This document shows, one piece after another, positions 1-10,808 of a stretch of DNA of 35,504 nt; the first letter of the stretch is position 1, and the number at the start of each line of letters is the position of its first letter. The stretch is from Phoronis australis. Lineage: Eukaryota; Animalia; Phoronida. Location: the NCBI GenBank assembly GCA_002633005.1, contig NMRA01000077.1:905815-941318 (forward strand). The letters run 5' to 3'. The notes under the pieces were generated by a model that saw nothing but the letters and a program-made list of their open reading frames with translations, was not told the origin of the DNA and searched no databases. A program made the translations under genes and the position numbers.

Positions 1-30
1 ACACACACACACACACACACACGCACACAC
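1..30. repeat. (CA)n microsatellite, truncated by window start
   Basis: acacacac... with one GC interruption. Confidence 0.95.
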
Positions 31-230
31 AATATTAAACATTTCGTCTCTGTAAAAGAGGTATTTCAGGAGGAGTGACGGACATGAAATGGAACAATCG
101 CTTGCCATTTTTAAGAGTCCGAATCGAAGTAAAAATGTCGTTTGCTGACTAACTCGACACGCGAGTAGATTTCCCGAAATTAATTTTTATTGTCAAGTTG
201 CGAAAGTATTCGCCAAGTTGGCGAATGGAC

Positions 231-1860
231 TTACCTCGTCCGGGATACCGTCCATCCCCGAAATTATCAATTTTTCATTTTTATGCGCCCATGCTCTGCT
301 TACCGACCACCCCCAATTTTTGATGATCGGCATTTCCTTAAAAGTGTGGGTGCTTAATTGTGAACGTTCGTCGTACTGAGCTGGTACATGACCAAAATTG
401 GAAACTCTACTGACATTCTTTTGAACGGAAACCGTGCATATGAATCCATATACGTTGTCAGGCTAGCACCCAGCCTTCAGTATGGGGGGCTCAAATTACT
501 GTCGATGTGGACCTTTTGCTGACAAAATATCGGCAGGACTAATAAAAAGAAAACGGGGTACACTGTGAACTTTTTAAGGGAACTTTTGTCAAAGCAACTT
601 TTCTCGCTGTTCGGCCTACCTGTCTTGGTTAAACGCATGTTTTTAATGACTTACTCCTGACACCAAAATGGAAGCGCCCAACCAAAAAGCGATCAATTTG
701 TCATTAAGCGCGAGTCGAACATTCTGTCTGCATCCACGTGATCAAAAACTTGTTTTTTTTTTGAACTCTTGATTTGCCTGATGACTTCTTACATGTGTTT
801 TTGCTTCATTATTTTCGCAACCAACCGAGCACCCCTATTGCCTAATAGTATCCTACGATTGTTGAGCACGTGCTTTGGACAAATTTTGGGACCTTTTAAG
901 TGACTAACGGAGAACAGGTCTTCCGTCCTATCACTAATCTGGACGCCCTGGCAAGGGCGCCAATTTATCATTTGGACACCCACTGTCATCATCCTGGCCA
1001 CCCCGCGATCGAGAACCCCCGGAAGATAATCGAGAACGAAATTTGGCGCGAGACACGAAGCCAGGCAAGGTGAGTAAATTTGATGAATTTTCGTTGTTTC
1101 TGCTTCCAGTGTGAAAACAGACATGAGTTCAAGGCGTAGGCTAACTCATTGAGGAAGGGCAGGTAGAGGTTTAGGCTAGCCTCTCTTCCAATTATTGGAG
1201 AAAAATTACGCTGACCGAGGCATCGCCTGAGTCGACGGTGCATGATTTGTCATTTTGGCAAATGCAGTTATTTTTGGCTCTAAATCAATAAATTGACCAT
1301 GAAATTATGAAGAAATGACGTGTGAAATCAGTGTAACCCAACGCTTGTTTTTTTGTAGTTTTGTCAGGATCTCTGATTTTTCGACACTTTTCTGTTGAAA
1401 GATGCGATTGAGAACGGAAAGATCAGCGATTGGGAACACAAATTTGTGTTGGTTTGTGCGATCGTGAACGCATCGTGGTGTGTCGAGAAATAATGTACTT
1501 TTTTTAGGCCTACTTATAAAACGTGAAAAAGGTTACAAAATAAGTGTGGTGCATTTTTGATCCTAATGGATTGAACATAAAAACTTCTTAAATTATATCC
1601 TTGAATTTTTTCGGCAACAATGTATCATATTCATTACGCCACATATTAAATGTCGTCATATAGTGTTTGACTTTACTTTATTTCTGTTTTTGTTGACGAA
1701 GGATGTTATTATATCCGAAAATTTCAGTTGATCCACTACTGTTGTTTTATTTACCTATACATGTGCTTCTCTTAGAAATACACGGCGAACTAACGGAGTC
1801 TTGCGTAATCTTGCTTTTCTCTCAAGAAACTTGCCCTGCTGAACGCACTCCTACCTGTAT
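231..1860. mobile_element. Degenerate non-autonomous DNA transposon, copy A (same family as 29435-30910; Tc1/mariner Tc2/pogo-like by inference)
   Basis: Colinear blocks shared with the other copy: ~245-370 vs ~29460-29595, ~615-885 vs ~30020-30320, ~1793-1857 vs ~30508-30571. Starts with a TIR remnant CTCGTCCGGGATACCG. About 890-1790 looks like unrelated inserted sequence. Confidence 0.6.
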
Positions 1861-1899
1861 GATTAAATCAGTTTTTGGCCATAGTAAGATTAAAAATCG

Positions 1900-2420
1900 G
1901 ACGATCGTCGAACAAATAAAGAAGTCCATGTTCAATCAACGTTTCGTCTATTCATTAGACATCATCAGGATAATTATTTTAATTTACAAAGGACAGCAAG
2001 TGCCAACATACAGCTCATGTAACATCCATAAAGTGAAGTAAGAGATACAGGGAATTGTAAGTAGCTGGTCATCACCATAGTTGCAGGGTCACTGAGCTCT
2101 GCATGTTATTCAGAGAATCAGTAGCATGCTGGTTCTGAATGGCCAATGACTCTTTAATGTACAGTTGGTTCTCTGCTGATAATACTAACTGAATTGGCTT
2201 GGTGATTGTTCCTAACACAATGTTTATATGTGTTGCTTTTCTCTGAGGTGTGATGTTCTTTCAGCCTGTCACAGAGGCGTCTCTGTTTGAGTCCGATATA
2301 GAATTCCTTACAGTTATCACATTCAACCTTATACAACATTGCTACTGTTCAATAAAGGGATGGGTGACTTCAGTTTACACAACATGTTGGAAAGTTGCCG
2401 AAGAGGTTTGAAAAAAACTA
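1900..2420 (-). mobile_element. Penelope-like retroelement 3' remnant (GIY-YIG endonuclease fragment plus hammerhead-bearing terminal region)
   Basis: ORF 2154-2339 LYKVECDNCKEFYIGLKQRRLCDRLKEH matches the PLE GIY-YIG pattern xxY..C..C...YIG.T.R.L..R..EH. Boundaries approximate. Confidence 0.8.
1935..1971 (-). ncRNA. Minimal hammerhead ribozyme motif of the Penelope-like element (PLE) type
   Basis: Minus strand reads ATC-CTGATGA-T-GTCTA-ATGAA-TAGAC-GAAAC-GTT-GAT: CUGAUGA core, 5-bp helix II, GAAA, palindromic loop-less helix III (ACGT), 3-bp helix I (ATC/GAT). Lies ~180 bp downstream of a GIY-YIG remnant on the same strand. Confidence 0.7.
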
Positions 2421-3489
2421 TCAACGTTTTTGCAGCATATGTCGTCTAAACGCACTTGAAAACGCACATTTAATCATTCATACATGCATTCAGTAAGACA
2501 ATATTGCGAATGCAAACTATATTGTTCCAGAGGTCCCTCTCTGACAAAGGATAACGCAAACAGCTGTCGCTCTATTTTTTTCGTTTTATTCCTCGAAACT
2601 GTATATCACTTGAGAAAAAAAGGATGACCTGACAGATAATATCAATTCCTGCGCATTTCATGATCTTTAGGGGCCCAGCCCTCGAAGGGGGCCATTGACG
2701 ACATTCAAATGGCCATCCTTTTCGTGTTTTTATTGACAAATTCTTAAGGAGCCGGGCCCAATGTTGGAATCGATTTCCTCTATTCTCCTGTTTTTTTGTG
2801 AAATCCTACAACCAGACCAGCTTTCATGTTGAGGAATCTCGCTTCTTGCAGGGTCACACGACGATAGAATCGGTCACTGTCACTCTTTTTCATCCAATTT
2901 CAGGTGGGACCCTATCTCGGTGAAGCGGTTCGAGGGCATTGTCCCTTTGTCCCTCTATACATGTAAATCCGACACTGTCGAGTATTCACGAGGAAAATTG
3001 ATATTCTCGGAAACACAAAACATTCGTGCACAGCACAGCAGTATTAAGACATTCGGCTCAAACGGCCAAAGTGTGAAAAATACAATGGGATTGGCCATAA
3101 TCGAAAAGGTAGAATTTTGAAAACGTGAATACGTCCACTGTGAATTATACAAAAGTACTATTTCCGATAGTTAGTTATAAAATAATGTTACTTTTCCCAT
3201 AGTATCACAAGAAAAATTTTTCTTTTGAAGATCGTTTTTACTAGTAAGGAATTCGCACATGTCGAAAATTCTGTCGTTGGGGATACGATTTGTGATGACC
3301 ATTTACGTGTCGAAAGAGGGTACTCATTCAAAGTACTTGCCATCATAAACAAAGATTTCAGCGTTTTTTTGGATTTCAACTTTAACTCTAACTCGTGAGC
3401 CGTTATAAGTACCTCTGAAATCAGCAACAATACACCTTATTGCGAGTGCCCCGTCTCCCATTTTCTCCGGTTACCCGGCCGTCAAAAAT

Positions 3490-3583
3490 CTTCGCGAGAT
3501 TGCGTGAGATATTGCCGTGTATTTGAAATGAAAAGACGTGATTTGGGCTAGATCTTAGCGAGGTCCTAGCGTTACAGAACTCA
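3490..3583. mobile_element. MITE fragment (right part); family also at 7433-7525 and 24884-25027
   Basis: Shared core CTTCGCGAGATT.CGTGAGATATTGCCGTGTATT and right TIR TAGCGAGGTCCTAGCGTTACAGAAC. Confidence 0.65.
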
Positions 3584-5099
3584 ATCCAAGACTGTCTTCT
3601 GAGCGTGAACAACTAGTTAGAATCCTGCAACGGCGTGTGCGTGAACTTCAACGGAATGTGTGAGGCAACTTGACAAGTTCACTCAAATATTCACGTTCAC
3701 GTTGGCATAAAAAGTTTGTTTCAACTGCTCTAAATCAAATTGCATTTGAATAAAATAATGTCAATTTTAATCAATCTTTTTTCAAGTACTGGCGATCTAT
3801 TTCACCAAACAATAATTTATTTAACCAGTGCAAATATTCATCCGATTCTGTGACCCAAGTTACTTTAAAGGAGAAAATGGGTGATCGTGAGGCCAATATA
3901 TTACAAAAATTTTCACTGAACAAAAAATTTCACCTGATTGCCTTTAAGAATATTAAATTTGCATCAATTAAGTTCACGCATGCGCGTTCTTGAGATTAAG
4001 CAGGAATTACGGCGTTTTCCCATTGCTCTCAACTTGTTCGATTCCGAGCCCAACAAGAAGTTGGGAAGCTCGCTGGTTCCCTACGCCGTGCCTAGCCAGC
4101 ACGAAAGTATCACGCACTGGCGCTTTAGCATTAGTTGATGTAACCTCAGCAGTCATTGGATAGCTTTACAACACCGTGAAAAATGGCGGACTATGAACGA
4201 TTTTTAGCCTTGTCATGCAAGTGGCGTCGCAGCAACTATTTCGTTTCTGTAGTGATGTCTAATAGCCGCGTGCGTGAAGCACACACACGTGCAATAAACA
4301 CATATCTTTAGTGGCCGATTTAACCGGTGTGCTATTCATACTGTATGAATACAGGACAGTAGTCATCGACAGTAGAAAGATCAGGAACTCCAATAAGGCG
4401 CAACCACAACTTCTAGGATTCACATTTCCTGAACATGAATTTCAAGCACCGATTTGTCTGTACAAGTCCACGTTTACACTTCAGTCCATCAGTCATGCCA
4501 GTTTGTTTGCGCAAAGCGTTGCCTATTGAGAATTCGACTAGCCAATCAGAAACGCCTGTGTAGAAAAAAATTTTCCGAGGAAAATTAAGTGACACCTGAC
4601 CACCTAGCGGCATGCAGGGAACCAGCGAGGTTGGGAAGATGACCCCTGTAGTCAATTTCTTAATTATACGACTGATTAACTCTATTCTGGCATTTATGTT
4701 CGATAGTTGCTCTAGTCCCCAATAAGATCGTAACTGGCCTGACTGGGCTGTGCTGCTAAAAACAATAGTTAAAAGATAAAACATATTTGAACATAAACCA
4801 ATAGCGTTTAGGCTAAAATCCTCGTCAAATGGGGATCATGTTTAGCTTTTGAATCCCAACTACACTGAACCGAAGTTACGACAATCCATTCTTTCCGAAT
4901 GTATCATATTCGCTCTAGGTTTGACTGTTCACCGCGTGGTAGATAATGTTCGCCGCGTGGTCTGTATAAGGCCTGGTAGATAATTCGGCCTGCCTGTTGT
5001 CATACCAAACAGTTAACAAAGTAGCTGAAGTCAAGCCAAGTCGTCGATTAGTCAAACAACGAGAAAAACATTAGCCATAGGCTAGTACAAAATACACAA

Positions 5100-7330
5100 G
5101 TTATTAAAATAAAGAAGTAAAATAATATGTGTGAAATTAAAAACAAAATTTAAAATACCATATACTAGGTTAACAAATTTGAGCAATTAGCACCATTATG
5201 TCTGATTTATAAAATCACACTACACTTACAAAGAGGCTCAGTCCATGCGTTTGCATGCTGTATAAAAGTTTTTAAATGTAGGCACAATCTCGCCTCCTCT
5301 GATAATAAATTCCACAAATTAGAGCCATGTATAGGCTCTGAGAGGTAGTAGACCAGCCGAGTAGTTGTGCATCGAGGGATGTTTGTCCTATTGGATGATC
5401 TCAAGTTTTATGGGGTCCTGCGAATTGTAAGAAGATCCCACAGAAGTGGGGGTGACAAGTTGTTCAAAATTTTGAAAGCCTCTTTGAGAATCATTCTCTG
5501 TCTACCAAGCTCAAGAGTAGGCAGATTAGCTCTCAGTAATAGCGATTCATATGAGCTTAAGAAATCATCAAATACAAAACGCAAAGCCCTACATTGAACT
5601 CGTTCAATCTTATGTGTAGGCTATTGACTTGGCCACAAAAATGCCATATTAAAGCACAGTAGAGAAACTGGGATAAAATAAAACATTAAAATATCATCAT
5701 CCGGCTACTAAAGTCTAGAATCCTAGTCAGATGCTGTAAAACATTGAGGTGAGCTCCTGCCTTTCGGCATAAAACTTTAATGTGGTTGTTAAAACTCAGG
5801 TCCTCATCGATTAAGACACACCAAGTAATTTAACGTCCACCTCACAGGTGATTTTGGCTCCTTCAACCTCGACAACAGCCCTGGATAGGCCTACGTTCTT
5901 GGAGTCATGAAGAAATATAGAATGGAATTTTGATGGATTTGCCTCCATCATATTTTGCTTGAACCATGTAGACGACCTAATTTCTTTTGAAGACTCACTG
6001 TTGTCTGTATGGCAATGACGTCATCCATTGTACGAGCACATGCTGAGAGAGTGTTATCATCAGCATAGTTATTCAACTGTGCCTCAGTAAATAACACACT
6101 GATATCGTTCACAAAAATATTGAACAGAACTTGACCCATGATGGACCCCTGTGGCACTCCCTTGACTATATCTAGCCAATCACCAGACACTCCACCTATC
6201 CTAACACGCTGTTTCCTTCCTGACAGATAGGACCATAAAAAGGCACATGCTTGTTCACTCAGACCATACGCTCTTTATTTTGCAATCATGGGTTGGTGCG
6301 GGAGGCAGTCCAACGCTTTGCTCAGATTCATGAGCACTGCTCCAGCACACTGATTTTGTTCAACAGCCAACTTCCAGTCTTCAACGATACGTAGTAAACT
6401 TGACTGATTGACAGCTATATCCGCTCCTATAGCCAGCAATCCGCAGATCCAAAATATCTAAAAACGGGTTTATCTGTAACAACATGAGTCTCAAAAATCT
6501 TGAAAAGAGCTGACAGTATACTGCACTGGTCTATAAGTTTCCATCTTCAGTCTATCATCCTTTTTAAAGTCTGGCACTAGGCCTACAGCAAGTTTAGCCA
6601 TGTCCGGTAATTTACCAGTGTCAATGCTCTGATTAAAAATGATAGCTACATGATGACTCACAAATTTAGCAACTGGTAAATTCGAGCAACTTAGCTGAAA
6701 TATGATCACTACCAGTGGACTTCTTCGAGTCGAGACATTCGATAACTTTTTTCTACTTCAGTCGGAGTAGCATATGCCTTCATTTTAGTATTAATAACGT
6801 GAATATTAGGATGGTTCTCATAGTGGTCAACACACTTGGTAATAAAACATTCGTTTGTCTCTGATGAGTGTGTGAGATCAACACCGGCCTATTTTGGAGC
6901 CGCGGTGTACACTACACGACTAGACGGACTCACAATCTCATTTCCAATTCTTAACTGTATAATACTGCTACAATCATTACTTCCCTTGTCTGTCAAGAAA
7001 GGTTTGATTGTGGGCCAAAAATCCTTATTGTTCGTCCACCCCCCATTTTGTTTTAAAATAATCACGTATTGCCTGCTTTCTGATCATGATCAGCAGTTCC
7101 ATTTCTTTGTGCACGGTATCGTTCCCAATTTTTGGTACACGGAAATCTTTTATAACGATTGTGTAGCCTCTTTTTGTCTCGAACAGCTTTTATCTCTCGC
7201 TCACAACCCTCTACGTCTGGTGAAGTCACTCAACGGGAAAACGCCGTCACGCAGTGTTCACGCATACCCTCTGACACAGCGTCACCTTTCGTTTAGCACT
7301 GTGTATGTTCACGCACCGCATAAGTCTCCT
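5100..7330 (-). mobile_element. 5'-truncated, degenerate non-LTR retrotransposon (CR1/L2 group) ORF2 with reverse transcriptase
   Basis: Colinear minus-strand fragments: NWERYRAQRN (~7110), IFNQSIDTGKLPD..KLA..VP.FKK...YRPV (6491-6709), KGVPQGSIMGQVLFNIFVND and YADD (5948-6190), C-terminal GSNLWNLL...W..PLCKC (5207-5404). Many stops and frameshifts. Boundaries approximate. Confidence 0.9.
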
Positions 7331-7395
7331 GCATTTTCACGAAAGACGTCGCTCTAATCTGTCGGCTTACGTAGTAAACGAAGTCTCCTGAACCG

Positions 7396-7403
7396 TGACG
7401 TCA
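7396..7403. promoter_or_regulatory. Perfect CRE palindrome ~280 bp upstream of the AS3MT ATG
   Basis: TGACGTCA, with several more ACGT cores between 7367 and 7563. Function is unproven. Confidence 0.3.
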
Positions 7404-7432
7404 GAGTGGAGGCCTTGGAAATGGACTCCCTT

Positions 7433-7525
7433 TCAGTAACGCTAGGACCTAACTAAAAAGCAAGACTTCGCGAGATTACGTGAGATATTGCCGTGTATTC
7501 GAAGTGAGAACATGTGACTTTCGCA
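7433..7525. mobile_element. MITE fragment (left part) in the presumed AS3MT promoter region
   Basis: TTCAGTAACGCTAGGACCTAACTAAAAAGCAAGACTT matches the left end of the complete copy at 24884. Confidence 0.65.
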
Positions 7526-7681
7526 CGTCAGGTGAATGGCACATACGTCCTTGATTACGTACGCCTACTGGTTAGTTGTTCACTCAACGGGTAGTCACGG
7601 TCACCGCGTAGTTGTCACCAAAAGATCTCTGTGCACCTCTTAGGAGACTGGTTATTTTTATTCTTACACAAGTCGTTGAAA

Positions 7682-7851
7682 ATGTCGGCCACGGCTTATT
7701 CTGGAGTTATCAACGATATGAAAGAATATTACGGAAAGGACCTGAAAAGTAAAAAGGATTTTAAGACTAGTGTATGCAAAGTAGCATCATCGCCACGAGA
7801 GAAACACGTCAGAGAGGCTCTATCTCTTATCCACGAAGAGGTGGTAAGCAA
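7682..7851 (+). CDS. AS3MT: Arsenite methyltransferase-like, first coding exon (170 nt)
   Basis: MSATAYSGVINDMKEYYGKDLKSKKDFKTSVCKVASSPREKHVREALSLIHEEVVS(K) resembles human DVQTYYGQVLKRSADLQTNGC...KHIREALQNVHEEV. Donor AA|GTAAGT at 7852 (phase 2) joins in frame to G|TAT TAT GGC at 22722. Confidence 0.9.
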
Positions 7852-7954
7852 GTAAGTAGTTGTTTGATTTTATCACATCGTGTACAAACAATTGGCCAGC
7901 CTGCTCCAGAAAACTTTTATGCCTATTATTAAGGTCACCCTTTCCTTTGTATTA

Positions 7955-8119
7955 ACCGCGTAGTTGCCACCAAAAGAGCTCTCTGCCCCTCTTAGGAGAC
8001 TAGTTATTTTTATTCATACACAAGTCGTTGAAAATGTCAGCCACGGCTTATTCTGGAGTTATCAACGATGTATAAGAATATTACGGAAAGGACCTGAAAA
8101 GTAGAAAAGATTTTGCGAC
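7955..8119 (+). pseudogene. Truncated tandem duplicate of AS3MT 5' leader and exon 1 start, with in-frame stop
   Basis: Copy of 7603-7767 at +352 offset; ATG at 8034; GAT ATG AAA becomes GAT GTA TAA; the copy ends before the splice donor. Confidence 0.9.
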
Positions 8120-8293
8120 CTGGCCAAAATCCCAGGTCGCATTTTCACTAAATATCCAGTGTCCCAGCGGCACTGGTCGGATATAGCGGTCCCGCAACAT
8201 CCGACCAGTGCCCATTGGGAAAATGTTTAGATTATGCTCTTCCCGGCTGCAGCTTTATGTACTCACAGTCGCAATTTTGAGTTCTGACATAAG

Positions 8294-9051
8294 CCTACAG
8301 GCACAGGCGTCCTCAGCTTCTGATCGTCCCCAATACACATAGGCCTACTGGGAGATATTGGTCCTAGACTATATAATACTACAAGGTATGACAGTCCGAA
8401 CTAGAAATTCCACGGGTGCTTCTCTTCAGCCGTCCACAGCAAACACAAAACTCAATAAATTTACACAAAGCACTGAGGTTCAACAAACCATGAGGAACGA
8501 TTGTTCTTTCCCCCAATACCATTGATGGTGTCCTGCTCCACCGAGTTAATCGTAAGAAATTCGCAGTCAAAGCACAAAAATCTTCCCAAAAAGCTCGTCC
8601 GGAGCAACTCCCAGGTCTCACGCGCTGGGTACGGAATTATCCGATGAGTTACGGATGAACGGCAATCAGTGCTGATTCATCAAAGAAAGTCACGGCATCA
8701 GTAACTCGGCAATTGCCGTTCATCCGTAACTCATTGGATAATTCAGTACCCTGCGCGTGAGACCAGGGAGTTGCTCCGAATGAGCTATTTGGGAAGATTT
8801 TTGGGCTGCCTTTGACCGCGAATTTCTTGCGGACCCAATGGAGAAGGACACTGTATATGGTATTGGGAGAAAGAAAAATTCCTCATGGTTTGTTGAACCT
8901 CTGTTTTGTGTAAACTTAAATTGAGTTTTATGTTTGTTATGGACGGCTGAAGTGAAGCACCTGTGGAATTTCTAGTCCGGACTGTCATACCTTGTAGTAT
9001 TATATAGCGTATTGGGGACGATCAGAAGCTGAGGATACCTGTGCATACAGG
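8294..9051. repeat. Long imperfect inverted repeat (foldback/palindromic MITE), arms ~340-370 bp, 45-nt loop
   Basis: Left arm ends GGATGAACGGCAAT (8666), right arm starts ATTGCCGTTCATCC (8712). Outer matches include CTATATAATACTACAAGGTATGACAGTCCG / CGGACTGTCATACCTTGTAGTATTATATAG and CCTCAGCTTCTGATCGTCCCCAATAC / GTATTGGGGACGATCAGAAGCTGAGG. Confidence 0.95.
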
Positions 9052-9996
9052 TACGGCGTTACTGTTCTTCATTACCGCCACTGAAATGTTGTAGAGCGCA
9101 AGACTAGTTGTCGATGTGAAAGTTGAATCAGTGCTCTCTAACAGACACGTGCATTCGAGTTGCTAAGTTAACAATGTGAAAACTGAGAAAATAATCGTTG
9201 AAAATTTATCCGCTAGGTCTGACCTGCTATAAGACTGATATCAAAGTCGTTAAAGATCCAAACTGAGTGCTAAGACCCTCCATTTTTTGTCCAAACTTTG
9301 CAATTAACTCGATGTTTGAAAAACATCCTGTCGAAAAAATCCGTGAAGCGTTGTCCTAGCGGAGTGACGTATTGGGATTCGCGGTAACAGTTCAGTGAAA
9401 ATTTCACAAAAAACATGGCACTTATGCTGTTTACGTACTCAACAATTACGGTAAAAATTCGGGAATTTATAAATATTTTGAGCCTGTCCCAAATTTTCGA
9501 AATAGGCAATATTGGCCGTCCGAAATTCGAGAAATATGAGAAAGACCGGAAAATCGACTGTGTCCGAAATCTTAGAATTTATGGGAACGAGTGGTGACAA
9601 CATTTTGATTTGTGGTTTTTGACAGTTTGAACATCCGCACAAATTCACACGATGTCCTCAAAAACGTAAACGGTGATGTTACTGACTCTAAACACCATCG
9701 ACTTACCAAACTTTATGACAGGAAATATATTTATTTGGCTGATTATTCGCAATATCCATTGGTGCTCAACATCTTCACGTTAAACTGTTCACACACCAAA
9801 CAGACAACGCATCTCCAGTATAGGTAACACTGGTTTGTTTCTGGGGCAGCGTGCGACATACTTACGAGTCACCTGTCACTCAAACTGATCTTAGCGAAAC
9901 ATCGTTCTTGTCATCGAGATAGTGCCGAATAAGGTCCTCGTATTAGCTCTGTTATCCATCCGAGAGTTGATATGTGAAGAATTTTTTGCTTACACA

Positions 9997-10137
9997 TGTT
10001 GTAGTCTACGGTCTCTGTTGTAGTATCGTATTACTATGAATGAAGTAGTTCTCTCGATACTTAGTCTTCAAATATAAACCTACTGTTCTAAACCTGGTGT
10101 CTTCATTATCGCCTCTAACCGGACAGATAATACTTCA
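9997..10137 (+). repeat. Gypsy 5' LTR
   Basis: TGTTGTAGT...CAGATAATACTTCA matches 18419-18556; continuous alignment begins at 10016. Confidence 0.92.
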
Positions 10138-10150
10138 TGGTGGCAACGGT
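10138..10150 (+). other. Primer binding site, probably tRNA-Leu
   Basis: TGGTGGCAACGGT directly after the LTR; one mismatch to TGGTGGCAGCGGT, my recollection of the complement of a metazoan tRNA-Leu 3' end. Confidence 0.75.
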
Positions 10151-10584
10151 ACAAACACAATCATACCTGTGATTGCCAGGACTGATATTGTGCAACTAAA
10201 TGAACTTTGGAGAAATGCAGAAACTATTTTTCGTGCATCTACCGGGAGCCGGGCAACGTGAAGCCGCGACGCGCCCTTGTCTGCAAACCCTATAGTACCT
10301 GTCCGTCAACCAGCAGACGCAAATTCGTCAGTGCAAGAAACGACTGTTCTGAACGGACAATAGGTATTTAGTGATCATTATCCTACCCACGTTTTATTCC
10401 TGTCCGAGGATAGGAGAAAATAGGAATTCATTGTCACGCGGACCGACACCTAATCACCATTGTGCCTCGCAGACTGCCTGAAATTTGTCACTCCCACATT
10501 CCCAGACGACCTATAATAAGATCAGTGCTAGTGACCGTCTGCGACCTCTGTGCCTGTGACATTTGACCCCGGATCAAAACAAAT

Positions 10585-10808
10585 ATGGCGGCCTCCGTAC
10601 CGAAGATGGCCTGGGACGACGGTGAAAACCTTGCGTTATTTAAACAGAAAATGACACTTTACATAGAAGACGAGGAAATAGTGGACGCAGGTAAGCAGGG
10701 ACGTAAAATCCTCCGTGGTATCGGGGATGAAGGTTTAAAACGACTGAATGCCAGTGGGTTAACCGACGCTGATCAAAAGTAAACCTGCTGAACTTTGGAA
10801 ATTTTTTG
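10585..10808 (+). pseudogene. gag: Gypsy gag, 5' part
   Basis: MAASVPKMAWDD...LALFKQKMTLY...KILRGIGDEGLKRLN, then a frameshift to KPAELWKFF, cut by an insertion. Confidence 0.85.

Noticed and set aside
6836-7357. 173-aa + strand ORF
   Set aside because: Antisense shadow of the LINE ORF2 remnant; no recognisable domain.
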